Notes under the pieces: model-generated
Databases searched by the model: none
Seen by the model: only the letters and a program-made list of their open reading frames with translations
Told to the model about the DNA's origin: nothing
In this document: positions 15,208-18,867 of the stretch, in pieces
Position numbering within the stretch: position 1 is the first letter of the stretch
Layout: each line of letters opens with the position of its first letter
Program-made: the position numbers and the translations under genes
Assembly: GCA_046497275.1 (NCBI GenBank)
Contig: JAWOFX010000072.1
Coordinates: forward strand, 1-18,867
Source: Promethearchaeia archaeon
GTDB taxonomy: Archaea > Asgardarchaeota > Lokiarchaeia > Sigyniarchaeales > SOKP01
Length of the DNA stretch: 18,867 nt
Direction of reading: 5' to 3'

Positions 15208-18200
15208 CTAGGTTTCTTCAGCTATTACAATAACTTCATATGTTTCAAATATTCCTTCTTCTGTCTGTATTGTTAGTTCTACGATATCATCTTTGGTTAA
15301 TATTTCAGAATAATTAAAAGTTATTACAGAAACTTCTTGAGGTTCTAAAACGACACTTCCATAAATCAAGTTTATATCTTCAGCAATAGCACTTCCATTA
15401 AAGCTAATAAAATTGCTTAGATCCAAGTTAAGAGTCTCGTTTCCTACATTTTTTATTAAGACCTGTCCTACTGAATTATTATTGATAAATGTTGTATCAA
15501 TACCTTCAATATTATCTAGAATTGATATATCAGCAGTTTCATTCATAACATGTAAAAACCCTATATCTGAAGCAACTGTACCTTCTAATACTCCCGTAAA
15601 TTTTATTCCAATTTCATCATTCATCGATAATATCCCTGCATCAACATCGATTTCAACATTATTTATTTCATTCACATCAATATAGGAATTACCATCTATG
15701 TTCCAAGTGTAGTCCGAGATAGATAAGGTATCCGCCTCTGGCCATGTTCCTGTTAGAAGATCTAAAGAACTAAGGAAAAATCCATCTGTTCCCGTATTTT
15801 GTATCTTTAAATTAACAGTGACAGTTCCATCATTATTGATTCTGGCAAACGTATCATTAGTAGGATTAATATATATTCTGGTGGAATCTATGTTTTGAGA
15901 AAGGCGTTCAGGAGAAATTATTCTATCCTGAGGGATTATTGTTAACTGATATTCATAGTTTTCTGATTTAAGATTTGTTCCTAAAAGAATTCTATCTTTA
16001 ATGTTATTTCTGGTATTCACTCCAATTGTCTTTATTGCTCCAATGGGATCTGAAAATGATACTGGAGAGTCGACTAAATATACATTTGCTGATTGTCCGG
16101 GTTCAAGAATTGAGGATCCACTAAGATAATCAACAGAAGAAAATACATGTTCTTCAGAATCAACATAAAAATTATCAATCACAACTGGACTTTCTCCAAT
16201 ATTTTCGATCTCGAGATATCCATTACTTTGATCAAGTTCTTCATCATAAATGAGATAAGACCCTTCTCTATTAATTTTTATAGCACCTTCTTCTGCTTCT
16301 TTTACGAAAAAATTGCTTGTAGAATTTGTAAAGGTGTATTTACCGCCACCAATAGCTGTAACCTCGATTTTTGCAGTCTCTCCAACTTCATAGCCATTTT
16401 CTGTGTCTATCCATACAATATCTTCTTCATCTTCGGATAAAATATTATCATTGATTGAAGATCCCATGGTAAAATTCTTAGGATTTCCATTAATTTTAAC
16501 ATTTGTTATTTCTAATTCCTTTGTGCCGAGATTTTGGAGCTTGAATGTCCCATAACCTGTATCAAATACCTTTGGTTGTTTTATACTGAATTTTGATTCG
16601 AGAGGGGTGTAATCAACTTTGAATAATTTTACTAACCCATTCGATGAAAAATGTTCTACCGAAAATACCTGCGATTCTTCATGATTTATATTTTCAATAT
16701 GAGATTTCCATGTATTGCCCTCATTATCTCTATTTTGACTTATAGTATCAATATATTGTCGTATCAATGTACCTTGTTGATACTCTCCAGAAGTTGGCAA
16801 GCCCCAGGTAAGTAACTTCACTAATTGAGACTGAAACCATTTATCTCTATATTTTCCACTCGTGGAATTAATGTATTCACTCTCTAGGAAAACCGAATTT
16901 TCAGCCCAATTATCTTGCCTTAATCCCAAGTTAAGGTACGTTTTATAATGATTATTGGGAATTCGGACCATCCACTGCCATTTGCCCTCATCACCACCTA
17001 AACCATTATAAAAATACCCAAAATATACTAATATATAATCTGCGTGTAGTTCTTTAAGCATTTGGGCGCTGTAAATCTCATTGGTCTGCATTAAAGAAAT
17101 ACCGGTCATTCCATCTCTCCATACTCTATAATTACCATTATCATTTACAGTAGTTACATTTCCAATTGGAGTCAGCCAATATCCATAATCCCACCAACTT
17201 ACTACAACACTGTCACCAGGTAAATTATTTCTCATCCAAGTTAAAGAATCTTCCCAATCATGCAAAACTCCCCCCGGTACTAATTGAGAATATGAAAGTG
17301 AGGTAATGGAAAGATTTGTGGCATGAGCAACTTGAGAAATACATAAAAACCCAACTAATAAGTATACTCCATAGATTTCAGTTTTTCCAAGTGTTTTTCT
17401 TCTTCTTAATACCTTTTTTCTCCTTCTACGAATTTCTACTCTCTGTTCTTCATAAAAACTTCCAAATAATTTCAAAATATTTACGAGTCCATAAGCCCCC
17501 ACTAACGCTGCGGCAGTTGAGAATAATAAAATAATTCTAATCATACTACCTGTAAAGTAAAAAATAGTGAGTAGGAACACAATCATAAAAATATCTGCGG
17601 CAATATACCTTTTAAAGCAAAAATAGATTCCTAAAGGTAAAATCATCATTGGAATCAATATATTATAATAAAAAATACTCCATGAACTAGGAGAATGTTC
17701 TGCTACAGATGCGACAAACGCTACTTGATTACGAATGAGAGGATTGAGAATACTCTGAAATTTAGTACCAAATCCAAAAGGTATAATATCAGGTACAGTA
17801 TAAATTATGACAGCGAAGACAACAGCTGCAGGGATTATGCCCCACTTGAGAAAGGAGATAATTGAATTATATAATTTTGGGCGTTCATTTCTTTGAGTGT
17901 AGATAATATGATAAATAATTAATAACCCTGTAAATAAGATTATCCCTCCCACTTCTAAACTCGTAAACATTTCCTGAAACCTGAAATTAATATATAAAGA
18001 AGAAATGAGTAATCCTGTACCTTGAACTCCAGCATACGCAATCAATACATTTTGATTATATTTATTCAATAATATTAACAAGATGACTACTAATGGGATA
18101 ATAAAATAGACGTATGTTGAGCCTCCCCATGATAATCCTAAATATCCAGAAAACACACCACCTATTATTGAATATGTAAGTCTTCCCGTTCGTATGGTTT

Positions 18201-18777
18201 TTAGGAAAAATAAGAAAGTCATGATAATGGCAAAAACTCCGATAGTCTCGTTATCGAAGAAGCCCGCTACTGTGCGTTGCATAAATCCTGGGCTAAGAGC
18301 GAGAAAAAAAGCAGCGAACAACCCACATTTTCGATCTAAAACCTCTTTTCCGAGGAAATATATTGCTATTACTGTTATCCCTCCCATAAAGGCTGGAAAG
18401 AAATAACATAAATCATATAATGAAACTGGAAAACCTAGAAAATTGAAAATTTTAAAGATTGTTACAATTGTGAAGGTTAATCCAGGTCTTAAACCGAATC
18501 TGTCCACTCCTTCTGGATACCAACTTTTAAAATCTCGCCAGTGAAAATAATCATAAATTGAATGTGTTGACAAATATTCTGCATTATAATACTGTATCCA
18601 AGGATCAAATGCCTTTATTAAACGAGTATCATGAATTAATGGAGATAATCTTATAAGAACCGCGAGGATAAAGACGATTAATAACGCAAGGAAAAATAAA
18701 ATATTCCTTTTTTTAATAACTAAATTAACACTAATCCGGTCACGAAAATTTTGTAAGGATCTATAAGCTTTAGACAT
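15208..18777 (-). CDS. aglB: Oligosaccharyltransferase AglB/STT3 with a long C-terminal extension
   Basis: AFDPW, GFFDNE, SVAEHSP, WWDYG (aa 528, 17182-17196), DEGKWQWMVRI (DK motif, aa 596) and many N-terminal transmembrane segments; 1189 aa against about 720 aa for the conserved core. Confidence 0.93.
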   Translation of the reverse strand: MSKAYRSLQNFRDRISVNLVIKKRNILFFLALLIVFILAVLIRLSPLIHDTRLIKAFDPWIQYYNAEYLSTHSIYDYFHWRDFKSWYPEGVDRFGLRPGLTFTIVTIFKIFNFLGFPVSLYDLCYFFPAFMGGITVIAIYFLGKEVLDRKCGLFAAFFLALSPGFMQRTVAGFFDNETIGVFAIIMTFLFFLKTIRTGRLTYSIIGGVFSGYLGLSWGGSTYVYFIIPLVVILLILLNKYNQNVLIAYAGVQGTGLLISSLYINFRFQEMFTSLEVGGIILFTGLLIIYHIIYTQRNERPKLYNSIISFLKWGIIPAAVVFAVIIYTVPDIIPFGFGTKFQSILNPLIRNQVAFVASVAEHSPSSWSIFYYNILIPMMILPLGIYFCFKRYIAADIFMIVFLLTIFYFTGSMIRIILLFSTAAALVGAYGLVNILKLFGSFYEEQRVEIRRRRKKVLRRRKTLGKTEIYGVYLLVGFLCISQVAHATNLSITSLSYSQLVPGGVLHDWEDSLTWMRNNLPGDSVVVSWWDYGYWLTPIGNVTTVNDNGNYRVWRDGMTGISLMQTNEIYSAQMLKELHADYILVYFGYFYNGLGGDEGKWQWMVRIPNNHYKTYLNLGLRQDNWAENSVFLESEYINSTSGKYRDKWFQSQLVKLLTWGLPTSGEYQQGTLIRQYIDTISQNRDNEGNTWKSHIENINHEESQVFSVEHFSSNGLVKLFKVDYTPLESKFSIKQPKVFDTGYGTFKLQNLGTKELEITNVKINGNPKNFTMGSSINDNILSEDEEDIVWIDTENGYEVGETAKIEVTAIGGGKYTFTNSTSNFFVKEAEEGAIKINREGSYLIYDEELDQSNGYLEIENIGESPVVIDNFYVDSEEHVFSSVDYLSGSSILEPGQSANVYLVDSPVSFSDPIGAIKTIGVNTRNNIKDRILLGTNLKSENYEYQLTIIPQDRIISPERLSQNIDSTRIYINPTNDTFARINNDGTVTVNLKIQNTGTDGFFLSSLDLLTGTWPEADTLSISDYTWNIDGNSYIDVNEINNVEIDVDAGILSMNDEIGIKFTGVLEGTVASDIGFLHVMNETADISILDNIEGIDTTFINNNSVGQVLIKNVGNETLNLDLSNFISFNGSAIAEDINLIYGSVVLEPQEVSVITFNYSEILTKDDIVELTIQTEEGIFETYEVIVIAEET
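15211..16605 (-). repeat. Four diverged ~110-135 aa protein repeats (putative Ig-like beta-sandwich domains) in the AglB C-terminal extension
   Basis: Recurring [hydrophobic]-x-[hydrophobic]-x-N-x-G motif at N749, N859, N994 and N1110 (KLQNLG, EIENIG, KIQNTG, LIKNVG), followed by ILSEDE, ILEPGQ, YIDVNE and VLEPQE and a terminal strand. The repeats are visible only at protein level. Confidence 0.65.
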
Positions 18778-18867
18778 ATTAAATATATTAAACTTAATTA
18801 AAAAGCTATTAAAAATCTTAATGAAATTTAGATTTAAAATTTTGTTTTTTAGGATTATCTGTGAATG

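Noticed and set aside
405-18406. Short alternative-frame or antisense ORFs in the track (405-689, 911-1114, 2248-2496, 2539-2808, 3071-3274, 5689-5934, 7781-7963, 8217-8405, 10596-10820, 11060-11296, 14295-14501, 15413-15685, 16147-16440, 17316-17534, 18194-18406)
   Set aside because: All lie essentially within well-supported genes, have no recognisable motifs, and show the composition typical of shadow ORFs.
18851-18867. AGGATTATCTGTGAATG at the window end, a possible start of a divergent plus-strand gene
   Set aside because: Only the ATG is inside the window, so it cannot be evaluated.

Overview
AT-rich archaeal chromosome segment, most likely Asgard (Lokiarchaeia-like). The inference rests on a divergent EF-2 paralogue with an HTG diphthamide loop, archaeal-type CCA enzyme and aIF5B, and an AglB whose motifs resemble eukaryotic STT3. 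It holds 10 intact CDS: HAD phosphatase (+), alanine dehydrogenase (-), EF-2 paralogue (-), HEPN and MNT pair (+), alpha/beta hydrolase (-), CCA-adding enzyme (-), aIF5B/IF-2 (-), UvrA (-), UvrB (-) and a very long AglB/STT3 (-). I found no rRNA, tRNA, CRISPR array, transposase or integrase. The best leads are: (1) AglB has a ~465-aa C-terminal extension of four diverged beta-rich repeats and a strongly basic cytoplasmic loop; (2) EF-2p has altered domain III and diphthamide-loop motifs; (3) UvrA has a degenerate ABC signature (LSVGE); (4) the two translational GTPase genes share a near-identical 13-nt pre-ATG motif; (5) the HEPN-MNT module interrupts a co-directional core-gene run and has a palindromic candidate operator and an Arg-to-Ser change in a conserved motif. 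All calls come from reading motifs by eye; no database searches were run.
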